From the sequence record OQ603353.1: a stretch of 64,000 bases of DNA; one strand, given 5' to 3'. Each line of letters starts with the position of its first letter. The first letter of the stretch is position 1. The notes under the pieces are model-generated. The model made no database searches, was not told where the DNA came from, and was given only the letters and a program-made list of their open reading frames with translations. A program made the position numbers and the translations under genes. Shown in pieces: positions 35,417 to 44,015 of the stretch.

Positions 35417-36246
35417 TTCTTCGTTCTCAGGTAACGTGCATGGTTGAATACTTGCGTGGCGTCGAGGGCCTGAATGCCATCAAACAAAGGAAGGTTGGAC
35501 CCAAGGGCATTCGTAGCTGCGTCCTTCTTGATGCGCTCCACCCAATCGCGGAAGTCGAGGCCATCCATATCCATAGCGCCGAGGGCACCGAGGTGTGGGG
35601 CAAACGTTTCCATATCGACAAGGCGCTTGCCCGCCTGACCGGCCCACAGGTCCAGCGCGACCATTGCAGCCTTGGATGCGTTCGGGGTCAGGGAGAACAT
35701 GCTGTCTACGCTAATGTAAGTGGGGAAGTTTAGGCCGAACAGGCCACCTACGATTTCGCCTTCTGCGTTGAGCACTGTGACCGAGTACGCTTTACGTTCC
35801 TTACCATAGTGGAGTGCCTTGTATGCACGCTGAGTAGGAGTATCGAGCCATTGCGTGTACTCGTCTGCATCCTCTTCCTTATCTTCCGGACGCTCAACCG
35901 TAGCGCAGTGGTGAATCACCTTGTCGAAGCCGACGTTCAGCTGGTAGTTCCAACCCTGCTTGCGAATGAACTGCTCGGTAGTCTTGGAAACGTGCAGGCC
36001 ACCAACAGGCAGCACGGCTCGGCGACCGCTGACTTCCCAAATCCATTCGGATTCATCCTCTGTGCCAACGAACCCCATCGGGTGCGCCTGCGCCCTGTCT
36101 GCCAAACCATACAGAAGGTGCGGCGTCATTTCTACGGTCCAGCAGTAGTCGTCATCATCCAGCGGGAAGTGCTCTGCATTGATGTGGCGAACGTCGTTCA
36201 AGTCGTACAGCTTGAACGGAATCTTAGTGTCGCTCGAAGTGTCCAT
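35413..36246 (-). CDS. aat: Leucyl/phenylalanyl-tRNA-protein transferase homologue
   Basis: RAVL..GGLHVSK, FDKVIHHCA, AYKALH, VGGLFG, DSMFS...NASKAA, LVDME...HLGALGA follow the E. coli Aat pattern. Confidence 0.85.
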   Translation of the reverse strand: MDTSSDTKIPFKLYDLNDVRHINAEHFPLDDDDYCWTVEMTPHLLYGLADRAQAHPMGFVGTEDESEWIWEVSGRRAVLPVGGLHVSKTTEQFIRKQGWNYQLNVGFDKVIHHCATVERPEDKEEDADEYTQWLDTPTQRAYKALHYGKERKAYSVTVLNAEGEIVGGLFGLNFPTYISVDSMFSLTPNASKAAMVALDLWAGQAGKRLVDMETFAPHLGALGAMDMDGLDFRDWVERIKKDAATNALGSNLPLFDGIQALDATQVFNHARYLRTKK

Positions 36247-36946
36247 TCAGTTCGTTTCCGTAAAATTCAGTAAGGGTCATACCAAGGTGTGCAGTTTCGT
36301 CAACGGTGTCTGCCTCAATGGAAGCAGAATCCCAAGGAGTGCGCTGAATGAAACTGTTCAGGTGCTTGCAGAGAGCATCGAATGCTTCCCGATTCGTGAT
36401 GAATCGCTTGGCGTGATCGTCACCTTCGCGCCCAGCGTTCTGGATGACCATGACAGGCTCACCCTTGAACCACACGGAAGCCAGCCTCCAGAAGCGGCGC
36501 GGATCGAAGAAGAATTCCTTGAGGACGCGCACTTCAATCTCGGTGTCTTTGTGAAGCGCCTCCATATCGAAGTCGCTGAGTTCTACGTCTAGGCCACCCT
36601 TTAGATGGTTGAAGTAGAAGCCACGCAGAGCGTAAATGGCCGGCTCAACCTTATCGAAGTTTTCGATGGCGTAGACTTCCTCGCAGGTAAAGGGAACCTT
36701 GGCAGCCTCGGCCCTAGCCAGCTGATCCGCCTTGTACTCATTGATGGCGTCTACAAGTTGAGTGACCTCACGGTCCCCCTGTGCACCACCGTCCACCTCC
36801 TCCATCTTGATTTCCACACCGATACTTTTCAGCATGGGCTCAATCTTTACGAGGGCCTGTATGTAGTGCATCGGTCCTAGGCCAGCCTCAATAGCTGCAT
36901 AGACTATGTGGGCAGGCTTGAACACAATCACAGTTTGTTCCGACAT
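36224..36946 (-). CDS. Hypothetical protein, first gene of the modification operon
   Basis: RRFWRLASVWF.GEPVM.IQNAGREGDDH..RFITN motif; follows a CTGTAAATA motif. Confidence 0.75.
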   Translation of the reverse strand: MSEQTVIVFKPAHIVYAAIEAGLGPMHYIQALVKIEPMLKSIGVEIKMEEVDGGAQGDREVTQLVDAINEYKADQLARAEAAKVPFTCEEVYAIENFDKVEPAIYALRGFYFNHLKGGLDVELSDFDMEALHKDTEIEVRVLKEFFFDPRRFWRLASVWFKGEPVMVIQNAGREGDDHAKRFITNREAFDALCKHLNSFIQRTPWDSASIEADTVDETAHLGMTLTEFYGNELNGHFERH

Positions 36947-36972
36947 TGGAATCTCCTTGAGGATACAGTCTA

Positions 36973-36981
36973 TATTTACAG
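36973..36981 (-). promoter_or_regulatory. CTGTAAATA phage promoter-like motif
   Basis: Between a terminator and the modification operon. Confidence 0.65.
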
Positions 36982-36994
36982 GATCGGGAAACGC

Positions 36995-37024
36995 AAAAGG
37001 GGCAGCCGCTAGGCCACCCCCTTT
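36995..37024 (-). terminator. Intrinsic terminator
   Basis: GGGGUGGCC-UAGC-GGCUGCCCC then UUUUG. Confidence 0.8.
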
Positions 37025-37033
37025 CGTGTGTTC

Positions 37034-37309
37034 TCAGGAACGACCCGCGAACACAAGGCGACGGCCCGAACCCTTGGGGCGCAGGTTGCCTTCCAATTCG
37101 CGGAAGAGCTTGCGCTCCCCGTTCTTGTTGGATTCAATGCTTGCGGTCGTGCCCTTGGCCGACAGTTCCAGCGCCACCACTTTTCCGCTCCGGGTGGAAA
37201 TCATAGACTCTGCGCCTTCCTCCCAGCCCTCACGAAGACACGCAGGCACCGGGGTCGTAATCACTTCAACCTCGTCACCCAACTTGAACTTGAACGGATA
37301 CAGATTCAC
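37034..37309 (-). CDS. Small SH3/KOW-like hypothetical protein
   Basis: FKFKLGDEVEV...GKVV. Confidence 0.6.
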   Translation of the reverse strand: MNLYPFKFKLGDEVEVITTPVPACLREGWEEGAESMISTRSGKVVALELSAKGTTASIESNKNGERKLFRELEGNLRPKGSGRRLVFAGRS

Positions 37310-37319
37310 GCTTGCTCCT

Positions 37320-37928
37320 TTAGTGTAGATGCTTCTTGCTTGTGGTAGTACCGTCTAGCTTGAATAGGCGGCGTAGAACAGGGCCATCCAGAATGAATGG
37401 GTCAAAGTATTCTGGATCAATCTCGTCCATGTCTTCCTGCGTCATGCCCATTAGCGCAGCATACTCCTCTCGGGTAGGCTCGATGATGGAATCAACATAG
37501 GTGAACAGGTGGTGCGGATGAGTGTCGTCCCCGACCAGCGTTACCAAGCCAGCGGCCTGACTGATACAACTCTCGGGGCCGTAGTGAAGGGAATGCAGCT
37601 TGCGAATCTCTTCCAGCATTTCGTCGCGCTCGTGGCCAGTGCGTGCAGCCAGCTGATTTCGAGTGACGATATACATGGGGTCTTCGGGGCCACGGTCGAT
37701 CTTGAACATGACCAACACATTGACCCGCTGTATTCCGGTTGCTACGATTTGCGCCTTGTTGTTGGAGAGACGCAAGGTGTAGTCATGACCACACACAGGG
37801 CAACTCCATTCCATGATTCCGTTTGCAGGGATCGGAGAACAATCCACTGTAGCCTTCTCACAGTTGAGGCACGTTGCTTCAACCCCGTTAAATACTTTCT
37901 TGGTCGAGGTAGGGGACGACACAAACAC
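37320..37928 (-). CDS. Zinc-ribbon protein
   Basis: CLNC...CPVC. Confidence 0.7.
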   Translation of the reverse strand: MFVSSPTSTKKVFNGVEATCLNCEKATVDCSPIPANGIMEWSCPVCGHDYTLRLSNNKAQIVATGIQRVNVLVMFKIDRGPEDPMYIVTRNQLAARTGHERDEMLEEIRKLHSLHYGPESCISQAAGLVTLVGDDTHPHHLFTYVDSIIEPTREEYAALMGMTQEDMDEIDPEYFDPFILDGPVLRRLFKLDGTTTSKKHLH

Positions 37929-37968
37929 TCCGAATGGTGAGGGCGCATTGCTGCGCCCTATGGGTTAC

Positions 37969-39435
37969 TTAGTATTCGTCAGGGACAATATCCGGAGACG
38001 TGGTGGACGGCGGGGTAGTGTCGTCCTCCGTCTTGACACCGAGGCGGTTCAGGACAGCAGCACCCGCTGGGGTGTTGGCAAAGCTTTCAACCATCGCGCC
38101 CATGTTCAGGCCACCAGCAGCGCCGAACAGACCGGAGACCTTGTTGATGCCTTCGGTCGGGGTACCAGTGTTGGCGATGACCTTGACGCTTGCGCCTTCC
38201 AGCGCCTTGGCCTGTGCGATGCCGACTTCCTTGGTAGCGTTGATGCTTTCCACGCTCAGGAGGTACGTCTGATAGCCTTGGTTCTCACCGATTTCCTTGG
38301 CCAGTTCGATCTGAGTGGTGACCGGGGCACGCAGGCGTGCAGTCTCAGCGGCTGCCTCAGCTTCGCCTCGGGCCTGAATACCCTCAGCCTCACGCTGCGC
38401 CTGAGTCAGTGCTGCATCGGCCTCAAGCTCGATCTGACGCTTGTTACCTTCCGCCCGAATAACCTGCGATTCCTTCTGCGCAGTTGCGGCGATCAGGGCC
38501 GTCTTCTGCTGTGCTTCGGCGTTGATTACCGAGGTCTGACGATCTTCCTCTGCCTTGACCACACTCACTTCACGGCGAATGTCAGCGCCTCGCACTTCCT
38601 CAACCTTGCGCACTTCCATTTCGCGGGTCTTGGTGACCGCAGCTTCCTGCGAGACTTCCTGCTGGGTACGCTCCCGAGCAATACCCACAGTCTTTTCCTT
38701 CTCAGCAGTACGCTTGCCAATCGTCTCTTCCGATTCCTGACGGCGCATTTCCACTTCCTGCTGGGCTTCGATTTCCACCAGCGAAGCAGTGCGCAGGTTG
38801 CGTGCGACCTCAGTACGGCTTTCGGATTCGATCTGAGAAATCTTCTTTGCCATGATGTTGGCAATGACTTCCTGACCCGGCGCATCCTTAATGTCCATCA
38901 ACTCGATGGACTTGACGCTCTTGACGCCCCACGCCGGAAGCTGCTGCTGTACGTCCTCAGTGAAAGCCTTACCGAAGGTGCTACGCTCGGTCATGATTTC
39001 GTTAATGTCGTAGGTCGCCAGCATCGAACGCGCTGCACCCTTTACGATGGATTCCAGCTGGGAGGTCAGTTCCTCAAAGTTCTCAACGCTCTGCGCCGCC
39101 ACGTCCGAATCAGCGATCTGGAAGAAGGCTTCCACTTCGATACGGAACGGGGTCCGATCCTTATCGTATGCCTCGTAGTCGTTCAGGCGAACGCTGAACA
39201 TGGTAGTCGGCAGGATGCGGCGAGTCATACCGATGCGCGGGAACCATTCCGGCCACTTGTAGTAGACGTTACCTGCATCCTTGTCCTTGCCGTAGCTGAC
39301 GGTAGCCTTGGCTTGCTGGACAATGTGTACTTCGTTGGTGGGGACAACAGTGCGGCGACCGAATGCCCAAAGGCAAATGATCGCAAGCAGTGCAAGGATG
39401 GCGAGCACTGCGATACCGATGACGATGATTCCCAT
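37969..39435 (-). CDS. SPFH/Band 7 (flotillin-like) membrane protein
   Basis: N-terminal TM, RRTVVPTNEVHIVQ, SPFH core and long A/E-rich coiled coil. Confidence 0.9.
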   Translation of the reverse strand: MGIIVIGIAVLAILALLAIICLWAFGRRTVVPTNEVHIVQQAKATVSYGKDKDAGNVYYKWPEWFPRIGMTRRILPTTMFSVRLNDYEAYDKDRTPFRIEVEAFFQIADSDVAAQSVENFEELTSQLESIVKGAARSMLATYDINEIMTERSTFGKAFTEDVQQQLPAWGVKSVKSIELMDIKDAPGQEVIANIMAKKISQIESESRTEVARNLRTASLVEIEAQQEVEMRRQESEETIGKRTAEKEKTVGIARERTQQEVSQEAAVTKTREMEVRKVEEVRGADIRREVSVVKAEEDRQTSVINAEAQQKTALIAATAQKESQVIRAEGNKRQIELEADAALTQAQREAEGIQARGEAEAAAETARLRAPVTTQIELAKEIGENQGYQTYLLSVESINATKEVGIAQAKALEGASVKVIANTGTPTEGINKVSGLFGAAGGLNMGAMVESFANTPAGAAVLNRLGVKTEDDTTPPSTTSPDIVPDEY

Positions 39436-39466
39436 AGATGAAACGTTTCCTTGTGGTTAGTAGCTG

Positions 39467-39766
39467 TTACCAGCGGATTGTGGTGCCTTTGATGAAACCG
39501 GAACACGCTATGCCTTCTACCTTGGCACCTTGAGGGGACGTAGCGCGGAACTTGGCACGGAAGGTGTCGCTGTCAGCGCAACCTAGCCATGAATAACCGA
39601 GGTATTCAACGTCGGTGTAGCCCTGCGCGTGCAGAGCCTCCACCATCTTGCCCTGCCCGAAGGCTCGCGTTTTCAGCGGACCTCCGAGGAAGAAGATCGC
39701 CAAGAGGGCGATCACTGCGACTACGATGAGGAGTTCGATCAGAGTAAAGCCCGATTGCTTCTTCAT
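39467..39766 (-). CDS. Small protein with type IV prepilin N-terminal methylation signal
   Basis: MKKQSG/FTLIELLIVVAVIALLA; two-Cys C-terminal domain. Confidence 0.8.
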   Translation of the reverse strand: MKKQSGFTLIELLIVVAVIALLAIFFLGGPLKTRAFGQGKMVEALHAQGYTDVEYLGYSWLGCADSDTFRAKFRATSPQGAKVEGIACSGFIKGTTIRW

Positions 39767-40068
39767 TGCTGATCCAGAGTTCTGAGGAACTTGCGGCGAC
39801 GGAAAAGGTCGTACTTGAGAGTACGGAAGAAATCAACCACAGGCCACCACAGACGGTGGACCAGTGGATCGTGCTTGCTCACATGCCGATAAACCGCACG
39901 ATGCTCCATGCGATCAAGCGCCATTAGCAGTTCACGCTCTACCTTTACAGGATCAGCGCCATGCACTGCCGTGGCGTGGAAGCGTACTGCACCCATAGAC
40001 TGGAGCTTTTCTTTGACGCGATCCGTAGACGCGCCTTTATTCTCTACGTCAAACAATGGCACTTCCAT
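39763..40068 (-). CDS. Hypothetical protein
   Basis: ATGA-coupled. Confidence 0.55.
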   Translation of the reverse strand: MEVPLFDVENKGASTDRVKEKLQSMGAVRFHATAVHGADPVKVERELLMALDRMEHRAVYRHVSKHDPLVHRLWWPVVDFFRTLKYDLFRRRKFLRTLDQQ

Positions 40069-40069
40069 C

Positions 40070-40384
40070 TTAGTCCTCGTTGGCTATCTTGAGTAATACG
40101 TGACCGTGGCAAGGGGCAGGTGCACACCAGCACACCAAGTCCTTGCCTTTCAATCGCTGCTTGATTTTACGCACCATGTTCGGATCAGCGAGCACCCATT
40201 CCTTGAATGCCTGAATCGCCTCATGGCGCGAGGACACACGGAACTTAGCTTGTGTGCCATCTTTACTGCCGAAGGGATTGCCCCACTCAGACGGCCTACC
40301 TATGTAGACAGCACCTTCGGGTGCGTTCCCGCGTCGCTTGTTGTATACCTTTGGTCCCGAAGGTACGTCAAAGAGTTTCTTCAC
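40070..40384 (-). CDS. DUF4326-family protein
   Basis: VYIGRPSEWGNPF...LKGKDLVCWCAPAPCHGHVL; GTGA overlap start. Confidence 0.85.
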   Translation of the reverse strand: MKKLFDVPSGPKVYNKRRGNAPEGAVYIGRPSEWGNPFGSKDGTQAKFRVSSRHEAIQAFKEWVLADPNMVRKIKQRLKGKDLVCWCAPAPCHGHVLLKIANED

Positions 40385-40800
40385 TTGATGCCTACAAATC
40401 CGAGGTAGCGATAGGGAGCTTCCATTCCCCACTTGTCGCACAGGCGAGTAATCATTTCCGTGTAGTGACAGCCATGCTTGGTCTTGAACTTCTGCTCCAG
40501 ATTGTTGGCTATCGCGCGCCATCGTCGGGTAGCCTGCTCGGCTGGAGTGAGGGCTTCCCCGTCCCCTTCGTCGGCATGCTCAGAATCGAGGTCATCGAAC
40601 TCTCCGAGCACATTCTCCCCACTGCCGCTCTCTGCCAAGGATAGAGCCCTACAGATGCCTTCCTCGGTTGCTCTAGCGAGGAGCCAGATGGAATGGTCGG
40701 GGTGGTCATGGGGTATCTGCACCTGTAGTTTCATGCTGGGATTCGTAGAATTGTTGGCGAGTAATCCACTCGCCGTTGTGCCACAGGTAGCCGAGTTCAA
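40381..40800 (-). CDS. Hypothetical protein (start uncertain)
   Basis: Co-oriented ORF filling the gap. Confidence 0.5.
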   Translation of the reverse strand: MNSATCGTTASGLLANNSTNPSMKLQVQIPHDHPDHSIWLLARATEEGICRALSLAESGSGENVLGEFDDLDSEHADEGDGEALTPAEQATRRWRAIANNLEQKFKTKHGCHYTEMITRLCDKWGMEAPYRYLGFVGIK

Positions 40801-40875
40801 TCAACTTTTCGACCGCCTTGATGCGACGTGGAGTTCCCATGTTCCTGTCGAACAGGTGGGACTGAGGGCCTTCAC

Positions 40876-41826
40876 TCATTTGCGGATACCTACGAGTACG
40901 TTGGCCTTGATACTTTCGAGCACATCCTCATCATCCGTATCGTCTTCATCCCATGTAAGGACGGGATCGAGTTGCTCGAAATCGTTGGCATCGTAATCAC
41001 AACGCCACGCATCGACCTGAGCGAATCCCGCATCGCGCAACATATCCGTTAGCTCCGGTTCAGAGAAGTAGCGCTGACAGAATGGATTCTTGATCTTGAC
41101 CGATACGACCACACGCCCATCGACCTTGATGGAAATGTTACTGAACTCGTCAATGTTGTTAGAGATTGCCCGATCGTAGTACGACTTGACGCGGGCAACT
41201 ACCGTTACATTGGAGTACCGAGTGTTGCTGGCGAGGTTCTTGCTGACCAGCCAGCGGTACATGGGAGTGTAACAGTCTACATGGAATTCTTGGGTGGAGA
41301 CACGTCCATTCATACGTTCATCAGGGGATAGCGCCGTGGCATAGCCATCCGAGCAGAAATCCATGATGAAGATACCACCTTTCTTGGTGGCCGAGAATGC
41401 CGAGTTGATGAAGCCTTGTACGCCAGCGCGAGTGACGATGCCGCCCTTGTCCATATCACATACGGAACTCGGCGAGTAATAGTGGGCGGTCACAATGTCC
41501 CACTGCTGCTTGAAAACGTGCTGCGTAATATCGCGCACTTGGATGATGCCGGGATTGCCTGCGGACAGAGTGCCATCAGTGCCCGAATACTTGAGGCCCT
41601 GCACAGGCCATGCCTTCTTGAAGTAATCGGCATGTTTGCTGTGTGCACCGGAGAGAAGCTCCAGCAGTGAGGATGCGCGCGGACGCATTTGGAATGCGAT
41701 ATGAGCGAAGGCATGCGCCTCCTGCATCTTGTACCCTTCGCTCCGATTGTAGATGGCTTGGTATAGCTCACTGAAATCGTACAGGTGATGCAGCTTCATG
41801 TTGATTGTTTTGCGCGGACCTTTCAT
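40876..41826 (-). CDS. Class I SAM-dependent methyltransferase
   Basis: LYQAIY, LLELLSG (motif I-like), DIT...WDIVT, TKKGGIFIMDF, RYFSEPELTDMLRDAGF. Confidence 0.75.
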   Translation of the reverse strand: MKGPRKTINMKLHHLYDFSELYQAIYNRSEGYKMQEAHAFAHIAFQMRPRASSLLELLSGAHSKHADYFKKAWPVQGLKYSGTDGTLSAGNPGIIQVRDITQHVFKQQWDIVTAHYYSPSSVCDMDKGGIVTRAGVQGFINSAFSATKKGGIFIMDFCSDGYATALSPDERMNGRVSTQEFHVDCYTPMYRWLVSKNLASNTRYSNVTVVARVKSYYDRAISNNIDEFSNISIKVDGRVVVSVKIKNPFCQRYFSEPELTDMLRDAGFAQVDAWRCDYDANDFEQLDPVLTWDEDDTDDEDVLESIKANVLVGIRK

Positions 41827-41883
41827 TCCTTATCCTCGTTGTTTGTCTTTCCAAAGTGGAGAGGTTTCCCTCCCCACGAATAG

Positions 41884-42264
41884 TTACCAGTACCAGCGAT
41901 CAGCCCAACTCAGGATGCGCTTGCTCGGACGTTCCACGTCGCCAATGTCATCGAGGTCAACGAGCTTGCGTACCTTGTCCGTGCAGCGACGGGAGGCAGC
42001 GCGCAGCTTATGCTCTGCGATGTTACGGTAGCTTCGGGGAATGCTTCCCATCAGGTAGGCCCGGTAGCCATCCGAATGGAAGTAAGCGACAGCAGCCTTG
42101 TGGGCTTTCTCAATGTCGGTGTGACCATAGACTCGCTGACAGTGGTTCAGTACAAGTTCTTCACCAGTCCAATACTCGGACTTGTATTGACGCCCGGGGT
42201 TGAAATTGTCGTGAACGTGCCAGTTCAGGTCATAGTGGTTTCGGCGACGGATGGTGCGACTCAT
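41884..42264 (-). CDS. Basic hypothetical protein
   Basis: MSRTIRRR start, Arg-rich. Confidence 0.6.
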   Translation of the reverse strand: MSRTIRRRNHYDLNWHVHDNFNPGRQYKSEYWTGEELVLNHCQRVYGHTDIEKAHKAAVAYFHSDGYRAYLMGSIPRSYRNIAEHKLRAASRRCTDKVRKLVDLDDIGDVERPSKRILSWADRWYW

Positions 42265-42339
42265 GGTGATGCCCTCTCGTTGTAGTTAACGATCGGGTAT
42301 CACGAATCCAGTACCAGTAGCTCTTGCTCATGCTGTTCC

Positions 42340-42780
42340 TCAGTTGGTGTTCGGGAAAGCGTTCATGATGGTGTCGATGTGCGCGTGCATAGCGGCCCCG
42401 TCAATGGTGGTCATGTTGGCAGTGTCGTTGGCAATGCTGCGCACAGCGTTGCGGTACGCCAGCACCAGCTGATTGCTGCGCTCGGCCAGCAGCTGCTGGA
42501 GGCCCATATCAGCAACTGCATCCGGGGTTTCGATGTGAGCGTTCAGGTGGATGGTGTGGTTGCTGCCAGTGTTGCCGAACTGCGGGTAGGTAACGACACC
42601 CGACAGATCGAACACGTAACCACGCTGGTAACCAGCCGGGGTAGCCGAAACAACGACGCTACCGCCCGAGCCCTGAGCGCGCAGGGCATCTTCCAGATGA
42701 CCAGCGACGGCAGTAGCATCGTCAACGTTGACGATCAGCGGGTTGAAAGCAATGGTGATGGTTTCATTGTAAGCCGACAT
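42340..42780 (-). CDS. Hypothetical protein
   Basis: GGAG RBS and strongly biased codons. Confidence 0.7.
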   Translation of the reverse strand: MSAYNETITIAFNPLIVNVDDATAVAGHLEDALRAQGSGGSVVVSATPAGYQRGYVFDLSGVVTYPQFGNTGSNHTIHLNAHIETPDAVADMGLQQLLAERSNQLVLAYRNAVRSIANDTANMTTIDGAAMHAHIDTIMNAFPNTN

Positions 42781-42820
42781 TAGGATTCTCCATAGTTGTG
42801 TCGGTGGATGGTGCGGAGCG

Positions 42821-43009
42821 TTATGCTCCTTCGTGCACCGCTGCCATTTCCGCAGCGGTAAGGTGCCTGCATCCCGCCATCAGCATTTCCATGCAGATAG
42901 GACAGTGGTACATGCCAATAGGCATGCCCATCAGGAGTTCGGGATGCTCATGGCATTCAAAGTCAGCGTTGCGGTAGAAGCGCGCAAGCACCAACTGGAT
43001 GTTCTCCAT
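42821..43009 (-). CDS. Small Zn-ribbon-like hypothetical protein (start uncertain)
   Basis: GMPIGMYHCPICMEMLMAG motif. Confidence 0.45.
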   Translation of the reverse strand: MENIQLVLARFYRNADFECHEHPELLMGMPIGMYHCPICMEMLMAGCRHLTAAEMAAVHEGA

Positions 43010-43376
43010 CTTGGGATAGTCGTAGTAGACGCCCCCGAGTGGCAGCGTGGATGGGCGCTGCCTTGAATTCAGCAGAATCGAAAATCTGGCGCAGGTACTT
43101 GTTGATGAGGTCCAGCGGACGGCTAATGTCGCCAACGTGGTCAATCAGGAAAGCAAGATCGACGCACTTGAGAACACGGTCATCAGCGCACTTGACCTTC
43201 GCAGCGTAGATGGTTCGCTGCTCGGACTTCCACGGGATGAAAGAGGGGTCACTTTCAAAGACGGCCATCGTCACGTAGGACGGCAGGTAGCCCTTGTACG
43301 GAAGATTGACCGAGAAGCCTTCAATCTCAACGCTCTTGTTGGTGTCACACACCACGATGTAGGGAATGTCGTTCAC
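42963..43376 (-). CDS. Hypothetical protein
   Basis: Coupled ORF. Confidence 0.55.
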   Translation of the reverse strand: MNDIPYIVVCDTNKSVEIEGFSVNLPYKGYLPSYVTMAVFESDPSFIPWKSEQRTIYAAKVKCADDRVLKCVDLAFLIDHVGDISRPLDLINKYLRQIFDSAEFKAAPIHAATRGRLLRLSQDGEHPVGACALLPQR

Positions 43377-43708
43377 TCAGTAACCTCCACCTGAATCCAC
43401 AGTTCACGCAGCTTGCGCAACGCCTGATACCGTGCTTCCTCAAAGTCGTCGTAATCGAACACGAACGTTTCTTCACAGAGGTCCACACCCGGCACCGTAA
43501 CGTAGTCACCTTTGCCATAGTGCTGGGTGTTGGCACCCATGATAGGGTCAGCCATCCACGATGCGTTATACATGACCTCATCAGTGCAGCGGGCGAGCTT
43601 GATGATGAAGATGACACGCTCAGCCCGTTCACCCTCCCCACGATTCGGCACTACGTCCGGAAAGCCCTGACAGAAGATGTGACGGATGAACAGGAAAGGA
43701 ATCTTCAC
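43373..43708 (-). CDS. Hypothetical protein
   Basis: Coupled ORF. Confidence 0.55.
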   Translation of the reverse strand: MKIPFLFIRHIFCQGFPDVVPNRGEGERAERVIFIIKLARCTDEVMYNASWMADPIMGANTQHYGKGDYVTVPGVDLCEETFVFDYDDFEEARYQALRKLRELWIQVEVTE

Positions 43709-44007
43709 TTGTCCGTCTCCAGCAGGCCCGCCTTGATCGCACGCTTCTCAGCCTTCTTGAGCATCTTGATGTACTCAGGCAGCTGCGCCACGGGAATGCT
43801 CATGCCCTTGCCGGGATTGAATTCCTTGTCGTTCTTTTTCTTGTACCACGTGCGAGTATCGACCAAGCTGCGACCGTCCTCAAACGTGTTGATGGTGACG
43901 CGGAGTTCCGTGGTGTCAGTCTCAGCGAAGATGCCGATGTTGCGAACCTTTTCAGGGGCGAACGTCTTGGCGGGCTTCTCTTCGCGCTTTCCTTTGGACT
44001 TGCTCAT
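43705..44007 (-). CDS. PC4/YdbC-like ssDNA-binding transcription cofactor
   Basis: ELRVTINTFEDGRSLVDTRTWY....FNPGKGMSIP. Confidence 0.8.
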   Translation of the reverse strand: MSKSKGKREEKPAKTFAPEKVRNIGIFAETDTTELRVTINTFEDGRSLVDTRTWYKKKNDKEFNPGKGMSIPVAQLPEYIKMLKKAEKRAIKAGLLETDK

Positions 44008-44015
44008 GTGTTCCT

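Noticed and set aside
29580-39952. CTTTACAGG near-matches to the promoter motif at about 29585 and 39943
   Set aside because: They lack the ATA end of the consensus and lie inside coding sequence.
26989-41826. DpdA/TGT, FolE, QueD or QueE genes completing a deazaguanine pathway
   Set aside because: No TGT barrel Zn motif, T-fold or radical-SAM CxxxCxxC motif was recognised in the window; they may lie elsewhere or be supplied by the host.
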